Shown here: positions 47,622 to 57,847 of the stretch, piece after piece
Numbering within the stretch: position 1 is the first letter of the stretch
How the letters are laid out: every line of letters begins with the position of its first letter
NCBI GenBank assembly: GCA_038045265.1
Contig: JBBSYL010000010.1
Location: 582 to 64,581 of the forward strand
DNA: 64,000 nt
Direction of reading: 5' to 3'
From: Nanobdellota archaeon
GTDB lineage: Archaea > Nanobdellota > Nanobdellia > Pacearchaeales > GW2011-AR1
Position numbers and translations under genes: made by a program
The notes under the pieces: model-generated
What the model was told of the DNA's origin: nothing
What the model saw: the letters and a program-made list of their open reading frames with translations, nothing else
Database searches by the model: none

Positions 47622-48317
47622 ATGAAAAGGAGAGGTTTAGCTCATTTAGAAATAGTACTTGCATTTGTTCTATTTATTGGAGTTATAGGATTTGGATTTT
47701 ATTTTCTTGGACACAGCAATAAAGTAAATTTAGTTGAGAAAAATTTAGATTATATCGAGAGAGAGATAAAAAAAGACCTTACGTCTGAAGCTTCAGCACA
47801 AAGTTTAAAGATCAATACAAGAACGGGAAATTCATTTGCTGTTGAGCTAACCAAGGAAAGTGGAGAGAATTTTGCAGTAGAAAATTCCTCAGGAGATGTG
47901 ATAAATTCGAAATTTGACAATGGGATTTTATATTTTGATGCACAAAGCGGAGATATTTATACAATAAGAAAAAGCTTAGATATAAATGAGATAAATGATT
48001 TTTCAGGGAGTCTACCTGCACATGATGAAAATAATTACAAGCTCGGGCCAGAAATAGAATCAAGTGTATATTCTGAAGAAAAAGCTCTTGGACTTAATGA
48101 AAGCTATTATAATAATTATGGAACTCTTCTTGAGAGATATGGTATAGGAAACAGGGTCAATTTTGGATTTCAAATAATTTTTGAGGGAGATGGAAGAATA
48201 ACTGCTGAAAGCGAAGTGCCTGAAAGTTATGAAATATTTTTAAGAAGTGAGAGGGCCGAATTTTTAAGAAGCGGGGGAGAATTGGAATTTGCGGAGGTAA
48301 TAGTTAAGGTATGGTAA
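47622..48317 (+). CDS. Pilin-like protein with class III signal peptide
   Basis: KRRG|LAHLEIVLAFVLF; C-terminal ...VKVW. Confidence 0.75.
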   Translation: MKRRGLAHLEIVLAFVLFIGVIGFGFYFLGHSNKVNLVEKNLDYIEREIKKDLTSEASAQSLKINTRTGNSFAVELTKESGENFAVENSSGDVINSKFDNGILYFDAQSGDIYTIRKSLDINEINDFSGSLPAHDENNYKLGPEIESSVYSEEKALGLNESYYNNYGTLLERYGIGNRVNFGFQIIFEGDGRITAESEVPESYEIFLRSERAEFLRSGGELEFAEVIVKVW

Positions 48318-48721
48318 ATAAAAGAGGACTGCTTAGAATAATTGAAGTCATGATAGCCTCCCTTATAATTATCTCTTCTGTGCTTATCGTAGTTACAAAT
48401 AGAGACATAGGAAAAAGAGAAAATTTATGCTCTGAAATTCCAAATCTCTTAGAAGAGCTAGGTAAAAACAGAGATATAAGAGAGCAGATATTAACTGACG
48501 ACGCAAGCGGAGCTAATAGCTTCCTAAGAGAGAGGATAAATAATCCTGCCTACTTATTTGAATTTAAGATATGCGAAGTTGATGATATTTGTACTAGCAA
48601 TCAAGTAACTGCACAAGATTCAAATGTATGCGCTGGAGAGAGGATTATAAGTGCAAATGCCCAACAACAAAGTGGGTTTAATCCCAAGAAAGTAAAATTA
48701 TTTCTCTTTAAATACGGATAA
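48311..48721 (+). CDS. Pilin-like protein with class III signal peptide
   Basis: NKRG|LLRIIEVMIASLII. Confidence 0.75.
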   Translation: MVNKRGLLRIIEVMIASLIIISSVLIVVTNRDIGKRENLCSEIPNLLEELGKNRDIREQILTDDASGANSFLRERINNPAYLFEFKICEVDDICTSNQVTAQDSNVCAGERIISANAQQQSGFNPKKVKLFLFKYG

Positions 48722-48762
48722 ATACTAACAATCTTTATAAAGTTCTTTAGTGTTTGAGAGAT

Positions 48763-51700
48763 ATGAAAAAGGCGAAGAGATTAATTAGATATTTTATTGT
48801 TATTATTGCTATTTTTTCTTTCTTATTTTCTATTAATTTTGTTGGTGCAGTTACTGCTGGAGATATATTAATTGTTGGGTATTCTGGAGGTTCAGGGCAA
48901 ATTGAGGGACTTACAAAAGTTGTGGATGGACAATATACTTATACTGTTCCTGCTGGAGTTACTCAAATTAAGGTTCAGCTCTGGGGGGCGGGCGGTGGAG
49001 GAGGGGCGGGAGGAACTGGGAGCTTAGGAAGTAGTGGAAATCTTGAGGGCGGAGGTGGAGGCGCATATGGCGAAGTTATTTTAGATGTTTCTAGTTCACA
49101 AACATATAATGTAGCTGTTGGAGCTGGAGGGAATGGTGTAGGATATAACTTACAAACTCCCCCTACTTCAGGAGGCAATTCTGTTTTTGGAACATATTAT
49201 GCAAATGGTGGGAGTGCTGGCGCTGTTATACCTAATGGTTGGAATTCGCATCCCGGAGGAACCGGAAGCGGAGGAACATTCAATACTCCTATTGGAACGA
49301 ATGGGGGGAGTGGTGGCTCGATAGGGGCGGTAAATGGTTGTGGTAGTGGAGGAGCAGGAGGCGTAGCTCCTGGAGGGAATGGAGCTCAAGCTGGCCCAAG
49401 TGCGGGGGCTGGTGGAGGAGCTTCTGGAGGAGGTGCGGAATATGCAGGGAATGGGGGAGCGGGAGGCAATTGCGTACTCGCACAAAGTGGTCAGAACATC
49501 CCAGGAGGGAATGGATTTTTGTATGGAGGTGGAGGAGGAAGTAGTGGAGTGACTACTCTTGCTGTAGGAAATGGAGGGAAGGGTGCAGAAGGACAGGTGA
49601 AAATAACTTATCTTTCTGTTGGGAGCCAAGGAAGTCAAACAGTTCAACCTACTTCCGGTTTGTGCGTACCTAATCAAACAATTATTTCATTATATCAAGA
49701 AAGCAATTCTCATGGAGCGATTTATAACCAAACATTCAATGATGTAAATGCTGGAATTGGTGTATGTTATGATAAAATTTTTGGATTCAATTATACTGGA
49801 GATACAAATCCTCAAAGATGTGGAGCCGAGAATGCAAATTCTGTTGTTAAAGTGATTAGCAAGAATAATGCACATGTAGAAGATAAATCTTTGAATAATT
49901 ATCCATATAGTTTATGCTATGGTGATTTGAATTGTAAACTTGAAGATAAAACATACACCCCATCTGCAAATGAGAGAGCAGTACTTTACTTATCATCCAA
50001 TACAAACGCACATGTATCTAGCACGGCAGGATATGATTTTATTGTTTATTGCACAAGCAACAATGGGCCTGTGCCTGGAACTGGAGAAATTATTTCTGCA
50101 GAATGGAAAGATGAATTTGAAAATAATTTGGCAGTGGATGAAAATGGAAATAATAAAAGCAATGTAAATTCTACCGTAAAATTAGTTGCTAAAACTACTT
50201 TTATAAATACTGAAATTACATTTGATATAAAAGAAGAAGATACTGGCTTACCTGATGCAAATATAAGAACTGGAGCAATAGCATTGAAAGCGACTACAAA
50301 TGGTGAGGGAATTGCTTCTATAAGCTGGCTCATAAATGACACTGACATGACTAAAGCAGGAGTAGGGCCTGCAGAATTTTATTTCACTGCAAGCGTGTTT
50401 GAAGAGAGTAAACAGAGCGGTATTTTGCTGACAAGCAAAACTCCTACGCCTCCTGAAAAAGAAATTGAAATTGAGATAGCTGGAATAAAAGATAAGGGGT
50501 TGTACTTTACAGGAGTGCCTGTTGAGATAAGTTATGTGCTTAGAAAGCCTAGTCAGGGAAGAGGATTAGAGTTAACCTGGAAAATAATTGAAGACAATTA
50601 TGAAAGTGATGATTTGACTTTCGATTATACTTTCCAAAATCCTGGGCAGAAGACAATTCATCTTACTGCAACAAATTCTTTTGGAGGAAGAGCAGAAAGG
50701 CAGGTAAGTGTCCTTGCAATAGGAGATAATGGTATATTTGCATTTATAGATAATCCGAGATTTAATGAAGTTTTGCCTGTAAGCAGTGACAATGTAAGAG
50801 TATTATATAATGCAAGCGGGAGCTACGTCGTAAATAGTACATATGATAAAACTCAATGTTTAGACATTTTGGCAAGAGGAAGATTAGTCTGTCTTGCCGG
50901 AAGATGCCCTAACGCTGTTGGAAACCCTCCAGCTGGATGCAGTGCACTAGTTGAAGAGAATAATAAAGGATATGAAAATCTTAATTTCACTTGGACAAGA
51001 TATGGAAAAAGTTCAATAAATACCTTTTCAAGATTTGGTTTGAAGCAGGATTACACCATATTTGGAAACAGCGAGTATTCTAATAAATTAAATGACAGAG
51101 CGTTTAAACTTGTCCTTAATTATACCAACGAGAGTGAAGATTTAAGTCTTCAACAGGAATTTATGAGAAATTATACTATTGGGCAATGCATCAATGATGG
51201 AAGGGGATTTGTTAAAATAGATAGTAAAGGAAATGTACTGAAAGTATTGGAAACAACTAACAAGAATAGTGGGGATTTTGACCCTAATGCGTGCAGGGCA
51301 GTTAGTGGAATAGTCTGCTGTCCAACAGGACATTTATGTGGAGCAAATGGATGTTATATTCCTGCTTCTACACCAGATATAGTAGAAGACTTGCCTGGAT
51401 GCTCAAGATATAGAACAGAACTGGCGTGTCTTGACGCTGTAGAAACAACTAATGCCTGCAGTGATGGAGGTTTGACTGCCGCTACCTCATGTCAATGGGT
51501 TGAGCAAACAGGAGGAAGTGGAGAATGCAAGGAGTATACTAGTATAATTGAGACGAGCAATGGGGCGGTGGCAGGAACATGCGTACAAGGCGTGAGAAAT
51601 CTTACCTCATGTGTTAATGGATTCAATAAGATAAAAATAGACACCACGTATACTGGAGGAAGTAATCCTGCAAATAGTTGTTTAAGTGAGGATGACTGCA

Positions 51701-51855
51701 AGAATAAAGCTGGAGAATTTACAGTACCATGTGGAAGGCCTGCGTTTGAATTGCCTTTCTTTGGAATAGAGCAACTATTAAGTGCACTTCTGATAATAGC
51801 TATAATCTATTCAATTTTAATTAAGACTAGATATATACCTAAAAAGAGAAAATAA
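48763..51855 (+). CDS. Large surface adhesin-like protein (Gly-rich domain, NAH repeats, PKD-like, Cys-rich, C-terminal TM)
   Basis: Signal peptide; YTVPAGVTQIKVQLWGAGGGG; YTFQNPGQKTIHLTATN; LPFFG followed by TM. Confidence 0.85.
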   Translation: MKKAKRLIRYFIVIIAIFSFLFSINFVGAVTAGDILIVGYSGGSGQIEGLTKVVDGQYTYTVPAGVTQIKVQLWGAGGGGGAGGTGSLGSSGNLEGGGGGAYGEVILDVSSSQTYNVAVGAGGNGVGYNLQTPPTSGGNSVFGTYYANGGSAGAVIPNGWNSHPGGTGSGGTFNTPIGTNGGSGGSIGAVNGCGSGGAGGVAPGGNGAQAGPSAGAGGGASGGGAEYAGNGGAGGNCVLAQSGQNIPGGNGFLYGGGGGSSGVTTLAVGNGGKGAEGQVKITYLSVGSQGSQTVQPTSGLCVPNQTIISLYQESNSHGAIYNQTFNDVNAGIGVCYDKIFGFNYTGDTNPQRCGAENANSVVKVISKNNAHVEDKSLNNYPYSLCYGDLNCKLEDKTYTPSANERAVLYLSSNTNAHVSSTAGYDFIVYCTSNNGPVPGTGEIISAEWKDEFENNLAVDENGNNKSNVNSTVKLVAKTTFINTEITFDIKEEDTGLPDANIRTGAIALKATTNGEGIASISWLINDTDMTKAGVGPAEFYFTASVFEESKQSGILLTSKTPTPPEKEIEIEIAGIKDKGLYFTGVPVEISYVLRKPSQGRGLELTWKIIEDNYESDDLTFDYTFQNPGQKTIHLTATNSFGGRAERQVSVLAIGDNGIFAFIDNPRFNEVLPVSSDNVRVLYNASGSYVVNSTYDKTQCLDILARGRLVCLAGRCPNAVGNPPAGCSALVEENNKGYENLNFTWTRYGKSSINTFSRFGLKQDYTIFGNSEYSNKLNDRAFKLVLNYTNESEDLSLQQEFMRNYTIGQCINDGRGFVKIDSKGNVLKVLETTNKNSGDFDPNACRAVSGIVCCPTGHLCGANGCYIPASTPDIVEDLPGCSRYRTELACLDAVETTNACSDGGLTAATSCQWVEQTGGSGECKEYTSIIETSNGAVAGTCVQGVRNLTSCVNGFNKIKIDTTYTGGSNPANSCLSEDDCKNKAGEFTVPCGRPAFELPFFGIEQLLSALLIIAIIYSILIKTRYIPKKRK

Positions 51856-51898
51856 AATCGGGCGGTATATTTTTAAAATACCTTTCACTTGGGAATGT

Positions 51899-54571
51899 AT
51901 GAGAAGAGGTTTGATTTTGTTGTCCCTTGTAATTGTGGCGATATTATTGATAAGCCCCGCATTAGCTAATGTAAAGATTCAGTCTGAAAATCTTAAAAGA
52001 TTATACTCTGGAGGAGATACCATCACAGGTATAATCAAAGTGAACATTACAAATGAGCCTGCAAACAATCAGGTTGTAACTAATTTTAAGGGGAATATAA
52101 CTTTAATAGAGCTCATAAGAGCAAATAATCTTGCTGAAGGAATCAATTATAATTGTAGTATCTATGGATGCAATGCAGGTTATGAAGACGAGGGGAGTGT
52201 CAATACACTCTCTGTTGATTCTTCTTCTGCTGAATTTGTAGGCTTCAAACTTAATAGAGCAGATAGAATTGATAGTTTAGATGTGGTAATTTCAAGCGAC
52301 TCTGGCCCTTCGTGTTCCCCCCAGTTAAGTATTGATGTACTTGGAAAAGAAGAGTATAGATTACATAATACTAATTACACGAGTGAGAGGTGCGGTTCTA
52401 AGAATTACGGATGCTTTGATCTTTCAAGAGCAGACAAAAAAGTTGAAATAGGCTCTGAGGGAGTATGTGAGCAAATGGAATTGTGGCCAGCTCCAGCTTA
52501 TGAGATCAGTGCAAAAATTACAAACAGCACAGGCACTACTGGAATAATAAAAGCTGAACTACTTGATGAGCAAGGAGGAGTTTATGGGGCTGTTGGAGAG
52601 TGTGAAATGCCTCTACAAAAAGAAAGCGTTGAAGAACTAAAATGTACAATAGGCAATCCAATCATGGAGCGAAAAAATTATACAGTATGTATTTCAGCAA
52701 GCGGAGGAAACTATAAGATAAATGCTGAAGACTCTGGAAGAATATGCGGTTCTGCTAGGACAAATCTAGGATTTGGATTCAGCTTTGATTATGAAGTATC
52801 TGCACAGGCATTAGAATATGATGAAGTAAATTTTTCCTTAAACGATGCGTTCGGAAGAGCTTATGGCGGGCTGGAGATTGGGCAAATTGCAGACGATTAT
52901 TTGAATGAAATCTATGGAGGAAATTGTTCTGATGGATGTTATATTCCTCTTTTAATAACAAGCAACTTGGACCAAAATATAGACTTTTCAAGACCTAAAG
53001 CTGAGTACTTTTTCCAAGGCAACAAATTAAGTGAAGAGACATTTTATTCTCTTGAAAAGAAAGATGCTGTAATAAATGCAAAAAATATGGAGCTCGATTT
53101 GGAAAAGGCCGAATTTACAATACCTCTTAACTCAAGTGAAAATAAATTAAGAATATTTGTTGGGGGAAGCAAGATCTATAATGATATAGCAATAAACATA
53201 ACTAAGGGTTTTGATTTTGACATAATCCCTAAGTTTGCTTTGATAGGCATACAAACTGAATATTCTATTCTTACAAATGACAATATAAGTAAAACAGAAT
53301 GGAAGTTTGGAAATTCTGCTGTAAAACAAAGCAATGGAAAAAGCATTACAAATAGAATAGATGAAGGGGGTGAATATACTCTTGAAGTAAAGGCGACAAA
53401 TACTCGCGGAGCTGTAAGTATTAAAAACATTAAAGTAATTGTTGGGGATCCTGAGGAATCTTTAAAACAATTGATAAATCAATCAGAAACAGGAATAAAA
53501 AAGATAGAAGAATATCTAAATACGCTTCCTCAATGGGCAAAGAGCAAGATATCTGAAAAAATTGAACTTGAAAAACTAAAAAGCGAAGTGATTACCGTGA
53601 AAAATGTTGACAATGCAGGAGATGAAAACAAGACTATTGCATTAATAGATAGAATTAGCGCTTTAAATATTCCAATTTCCATAAAAGAATCTGATAAGGG
53701 TAGTTTGCCATTAGCTTTAGGATTCTCAAATATAAATACAAAATATATAGAAAAAATCTCTGCCTCTGAAATATCTGATGCACAGAGAGAAGAATTTACT
53801 AATAATCTCCTTTTCTGGATAGATGAAAATTATGCTCCCTTAGTAGAGTTTAAAGTTATAGAAAAAAATACTGCCTCCGGGCCGGAACCATTAGTTACAC
53901 AAATTTCAGTTACTCTGAATAAGAAGAAAGAAGAGCTAAGTGAGTCTTATTTGATTATAGATTATCCAATTGAAAATATTTATTTTGCTGAAGATTATGG
54001 TGCTATCGAAATAGTATCTGACGAAACAAGCACAGGCACTTACATTCTTGCAAATGAGGAAAATAAAATAGAGTTTATGGTAAGTGGAAAAGTTGAATTC
54101 TCTGAGCTCGGAATGTATATCTCTCCAGTTGTTAGCGATATTGGGAGTTATGCAAATATTGATTTTGAAAAAAAGCAATTCCCTGCTGGTCTTTTAACCT
54201 TCTGGGTTGCTATATTAATTATATGTGCGCTTGTTGTTTATATAATACTTCAAGAATGGTATAAGAGGCATTATGAAAATTACCTCTTTAGAAATAAAGA
54301 TGATCTATATAATTTGATGAATTTTATATATAATACTAGAAAAGGAAGCATAACTGAACAGGAGATGAAGAAAAAGCTTCTAAGCAATGGGTGGAGTGGA
54401 GAACAGATCTCATATACTGCCAAGAAACTTGATGGGAAAAGAACAGGGATGTTTGAAATACCTATTTTCAGGTTCTTTGAACAGAAAAAAATAAAAGAAG
54501 AAATGGAAAAGAGACAGAATATAGGAAATAGAAGCGGAAGATTTATTAAAAGACCGAATTTAGGTGTATAA
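51899..54571 (+). CDS. Large surface protein with PKD-like domain and C-terminal TM
   Basis: Signal peptide; WKFGN...GEYTLEVKATN; TM followed by cytoplasmic LLSNGWS tail. Confidence 0.85.
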   Translation: MRRGLILLSLVIVAILLISPALANVKIQSENLKRLYSGGDTITGIIKVNITNEPANNQVVTNFKGNITLIELIRANNLAEGINYNCSIYGCNAGYEDEGSVNTLSVDSSSAEFVGFKLNRADRIDSLDVVISSDSGPSCSPQLSIDVLGKEEYRLHNTNYTSERCGSKNYGCFDLSRADKKVEIGSEGVCEQMELWPAPAYEISAKITNSTGTTGIIKAELLDEQGGVYGAVGECEMPLQKESVEELKCTIGNPIMERKNYTVCISASGGNYKINAEDSGRICGSARTNLGFGFSFDYEVSAQALEYDEVNFSLNDAFGRAYGGLEIGQIADDYLNEIYGGNCSDGCYIPLLITSNLDQNIDFSRPKAEYFFQGNKLSEETFYSLEKKDAVINAKNMELDLEKAEFTIPLNSSENKLRIFVGGSKIYNDIAINITKGFDFDIIPKFALIGIQTEYSILTNDNISKTEWKFGNSAVKQSNGKSITNRIDEGGEYTLEVKATNTRGAVSIKNIKVIVGDPEESLKQLINQSETGIKKIEEYLNTLPQWAKSKISEKIELEKLKSEVITVKNVDNAGDENKTIALIDRISALNIPISIKESDKGSLPLALGFSNINTKYIEKISASEISDAQREEFTNNLLFWIDENYAPLVEFKVIEKNTASGPEPLVTQISVTLNKKKEELSESYLIIDYPIENIYFAEDYGAIEIVSDETSTGTYILANEENKIEFMVSGKVEFSELGMYISPVVSDIGSYANIDFEKKQFPAGLLTFWVAILIICALVVYIILQEWYKRHYENYLFRNKDDLYNLMNFIYNTRKGSITEQEMKKKLLSNGWSGEQISYTAKKLDGKRTGMFEIPIFRFFEQKKIKEEMEKRQNIGNRSGRFIKRPNLGV

Positions 54572-55209
54572 TGTTAAGGATTATAAAAAAGTTTTCTAAA
54601 AGAATACTTGCAACTCTTTTTGGAAGAAAAGATAACATAAAAATAGGTTTTTATGGTCCTCCTAATGCTGGGAAGACTAGTTTAGCAAATAAAATATGTA
54701 AAGACTGGACTGGGGAAGAGATAGGAGTAGTAAGTAAAATACCTCACGAGACAAGGCATGTGCAGTTTAAGGAAAAAGTAGAGATAAAACATAAGGGGAA
54801 AGTGCTTATGTTCAAAATGGTCGATACTCCTGGAATAGCCACTAAGATAGACTATGAGGAATTTATAAAATTCGGAGTTAAGAAGAAAGATGCTAAGAAA
54901 AGAGCTAAGGAAGCAACTCAGGGAATTATAGAGTCAATACAGTGGCTTGATGATATGGATGCAGTTATAGTAGTTATTGATGCTTCTGAAAATCCTTACT
55001 CGCAAGTGAATATTACAATAATAGGAAATCTTGTTGCAAGAAAAATTCCTCTCCTGATAGTTGCAAATAAAATAGATTTGAAGAAAGCGAATATGAAGAA
55101 AGTTGAAAATGCATTTCCAGAATATGAGGTTGTGGGAATAAGTGCAAAAGAAGGAATTAACATGGATGATTTTTACGAAGCCTTATTCAGGCTGGCAAAA
55201 AAAGCATAA
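54571..55209 (+). CDS. oapA: Era-like GTP-binding protein (OapA-like)
   Basis: GPPNAGKTS, DTPG, PYSQVN, NKID, ISA. Confidence 0.88.
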   Translation: MLRIIKKFSKRILATLFGRKDNIKIGFYGPPNAGKTSLANKICKDWTGEEIGVVSKIPHETRHVQFKEKVEIKHKGKVLMFKMVDTPGIATKIDYEEFIKFGVKKKDAKKRAKEATQGIIESIQWLDDMDAVIVVIDASENPYSQVNITIIGNLVARKIPLLIVANKIDLKKANMKKVENAFPEYEVVGISAKEGINMDDFYEALFRLAKKA

Positions 55210-55210
55210 A

Positions 55211-55603
55211 ATGATAAAAAAGAGCAAGTTTAAAGGATTAAGCCTGCATGTAATACCCTATTCTGAAATTCGAGACTTGAGTATAGGGGAGAGAGTGAAG
55301 AAAGTTTTGAAACTTATTTTGGGGAGCAGAATAGTTATAATTCAAGGAAGATTAAGGCCAGAAGAAGAAGCAAGATTGATAGAGGATACTATGGCTATGG
55401 TCGAACATATTAAAAATTTTAAAGGAATAGAATTGGCAGTCATAGAACCTAATATGAAAGAGGAAAATTTACTTATAAGAATGAAGCATGGACTTGCTAA
55501 GAGGCTTGTTGGAGAAAGTAGCGCCCTTACAATAATAGGCCCTAGCTCTCTAGTCAAAGAAATAAAGAAAGATCCAAAAAAAATGGAAGTATTACTTGGT
55601 TAA
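55211..55603 (+). CDS. oapB: DUF2073 protein (OapB-like)
   Basis: LRPEEEARLIEDTM, FKGIE, LTIIGP; follows the GTPase. Confidence 0.85.
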   Translation: MIKKSKFKGLSLHVIPYSEIRDLSIGERVKKVLKLILGSRIVIIQGRLRPEEEARLIEDTMAMVEHIKNFKGIELAVIEPNMKEENLLIRMKHGLAKRLVGESSALTIIGPSSLVKEIKKDPKKMEVLLG

Positions 55604-56155
55604 TTAACTTCCATTTTTGTGTAAAGGAAAATCTTTTGTTTCTATCTGAAAGTTATCATTTTTATGAATTTTAAATATTACTTTAAAATCTTCAGATTTG
55701 CTTATCTTTGTAAAAAGATAAAGTATTTTAGTGATACATGCCATGGAAAATTTTGAATAAGGCTTTGAATCTAGCTCATCCTTAATCTTTTTTATCTCTT
55801 CTGAAAAACCCTCCTCCCAATTTATTATAGCTTTATTCATTACTCCGATAAGATAATTCTCATCTAGATCTAATTTATGAGCTAACTCGTCTCGGACATC
55901 GTTTAAAGCCTTTAGTGTTTTAAATTCTGTATCACTAATTAAACTTTGTTCTTCTAGATATTTTAATCTGTTCATATGCTCTTTAAATTTTTTATTTTTT
56001 GAATATCCGTAATTAATATTAAATAATTTTAAGGAAATATACTCAGCATAAATTGCTAATAAAAGAATTACTTCTCTCCCAAAGTAAGATAAATTTAGTG
56101 TATTTATATCAGCGATTAGGCTATGAATCTTGTGTAGATCTGTCTCTTCTTCCAT
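55604..56155 (-). CDS. HEPN-like protein
   Basis: LKALNDVRDELAH (R-X4-H); very AT-rich; antisense insertion. Confidence 0.6.
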   Translation of the reverse strand: MEEETDLHKIHSLIADINTLNLSYFGREVILLLAIYAEYISLKLFNINYGYSKNKKFKEHMNRLKYLEEQSLISDTEFKTLKALNDVRDELAHKLDLDENYLIGVMNKAIINWEEGFSEEIKKIKDELDSKPYSKFSMACITKILYLFTKISKSEDFKVIFKIHKNDNFQIETKDFPLHKNGS

Positions 56156-56215
56156 ATAAAAAGACAATAATTAGCTTATATAAATCTTTATTAACCTTTT
56201 AACTTATTGAAGTTT

Positions 56216-56587
56216 ATGCCCTATAGATGTGTTCATTGCAATAAAATTTTTGAAGATGGCTCTGATGAGGTGCTTAATGGATGTTCTAGTTGTCACAGCA
56301 AGTTTTTCTTTTATATAAAAAAGGAAAAGCTACCCGAAATACTTAAGAGTGGTATTGCGGAGATGGAACTTAGCTCGAATGAAAAGGATCAAATAGAAAA
56401 GGATGTAAGAGAAATCACAGGCATAGAAAATGAAGAAACCCCAGTATTTCTTGACTTTGAAAGTGTTAAAATAGTTAAGCCTGGAAAGTACTTGATAGAC
56501 ATATCTAAGCTTTTCTCTTTTGATAAACCTCGAGTGTATAAGCTAGAAGATGGAAAGTATATTGTAGATTTAAATGTGGGAAATTAA
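56216..56587 (+). CDS. oapC: Zn-ribbon DUF2072 protein (OapC-like)
   Basis: MPYRCVHC...GCSSC, ESVKIVKPGKY, DGKYIVDL. Confidence 0.88.
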   Translation: MPYRCVHCNKIFEDGSDEVLNGCSSCHSKFFFYIKKEKLPEILKSGIAEMELSSNEKDQIEKDVREITGIENEETPVFLDFESVKIVKPGKYLIDISKLFSFDKPRVYKLEDGKYIVDLNVGN

Positions 56588-56626
56588 TAAGGAATAGTTT
56601 AAAAGTAATTTATTCTTATAAGAAGC

Positions 56627-57847
56627 ATGGGCGAGAAAGAGTTTAAGGTCTTGAATGCTAAAGTAAAAACTATGGTAGCCTTATTAAAGGATGCTATAAG
56701 GAAAGAAAAAATTAAGGCAGACCTATTTATTGGGGGGAGCTTTGCTAAAGGCACATTGCTGGAAAAGGAGAAATATGATGTGGATCTATATGTAAGATTT
56801 GAGAAGAAAAGTAAAAATATATCTTCTTCTTTAAGCAAAATAGTAAAAAGAGCATTTGGAAAGAGGGCAATTAAGATACACGGAAGCAGGGATTATTTTC
56901 AGATAAATGTTGGTGAAAATCTTGTAATTGAAATAATACCAGTTCTGAAAATAAGAAATCCAAAAGAAGCAGAAAACGTCACAGATTTAAGTTATTTTCA
57001 TGTTAATTATGTGAAAAACAAAATAAATGAAAAATTAAGGCGGGAAATTCTATTAGCGAAAAAATTCTGCCATGCGCAAAATGTGTATGGGGCAGAATCA
57101 TACGTAAGAGGATTTTCTGGATACGCATTAGAATGTTTAATAATTTATTATAAATCCTTTGAAAAAATGTTGAAAGAACTTTTAAAAGTAGAAGAAAAAG
57201 TTATTATTGATCCCGCGAAGCATTATAAGAAAAAAGAGGAGATATTAAGAGAATTAAACGGAGGGAAATTGAAAAGCCCTGTTGTCTTTATAGACCCCAC
57301 ATTTAAGGAAAGGAACGTTTTAGGCGCATTATCTGTAGAGACATTTGAGAAATTTAAAGAAGCGGGGAGAAAATATCTAAAAAACAAAAATGAAAAATTC
57401 TTTAAAAAAGAAGAAATAAATTATGAAAAATTAAAGGAAAAATTAAAAGAAAGAGAAGAGTTTGTGAAAATAAGATTGACAACAAACAAGCAGGAAGGAG
57501 ATATTGCAGGAAGCAAACTGCTTAAGGGATTTAATTATGTGAAAAATTCTTTAGGAAAGTATTTTGATGTTCTTAATTCTGGGTTTGAATATAAATCGGG
57601 AAACAATGGAGAAGGATGGATAATCGTTAAACCGAAAAACGAGATAATAATTAGAGGTCCTCCGATATCAATGAAGAAACATGCTGAAAAGTTTAAGAAA
57701 ATGCATAAAAACTTCTATGAAGAAGAAGGAACCTTATATTCTGAATTTGAAATGCTTCAGACAGCAAGACAATTCCTAAAAGAATTTTCAAAGAAAAATA
57801 AGAAACAATTAACAGAGATGGATATAATTAATGTTGAAGTAAATTAA
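56627..57847 (+). CDS. cca: Archaeal CCA tRNA nucleotidyltransferase
   Basis: GGSFAKGT...DVDL, VYGAE...GFSGY, IDP...RNV. Confidence 0.93.
   Translation: MGEKEFKVLNAKVKTMVALLKDAIRKEKIKADLFIGGSFAKGTLLEKEKYDVDLYVRFEKKSKNISSSLSKIVKRAFGKRAIKIHGSRDYFQINVGENLVIEIIPVLKIRNPKEAENVTDLSYFHVNYVKNKINEKLRREILLAKKFCHAQNVYGAESYVRGFSGYALECLIIYYKSFEKMLKELLKVEEKVIIDPAKHYKKKEEILRELNGGKLKSPVVFIDPTFKERNVLGALSVETFEKFKEAGRKYLKNKNEKFFKKEEINYEKLKEKLKEREEFVKIRLTTNKQEGDIAGSKLLKGFNYVKNSLGKYFDVLNSGFEYKSGNNGEGWIIVKPKNEIIIRGPPISMKKHAEKFKKMHKNFYEEEGTLYSEFEMLQTARQFLKEFSKKNKKQLTEMDIINVEVN

Noticed and set aside
54571..56587. oriC next to oapABC as in haloarchaea
   Set aside because: No sizeable intergenic region, ORB motif or orc1/cdc6 gene nearby
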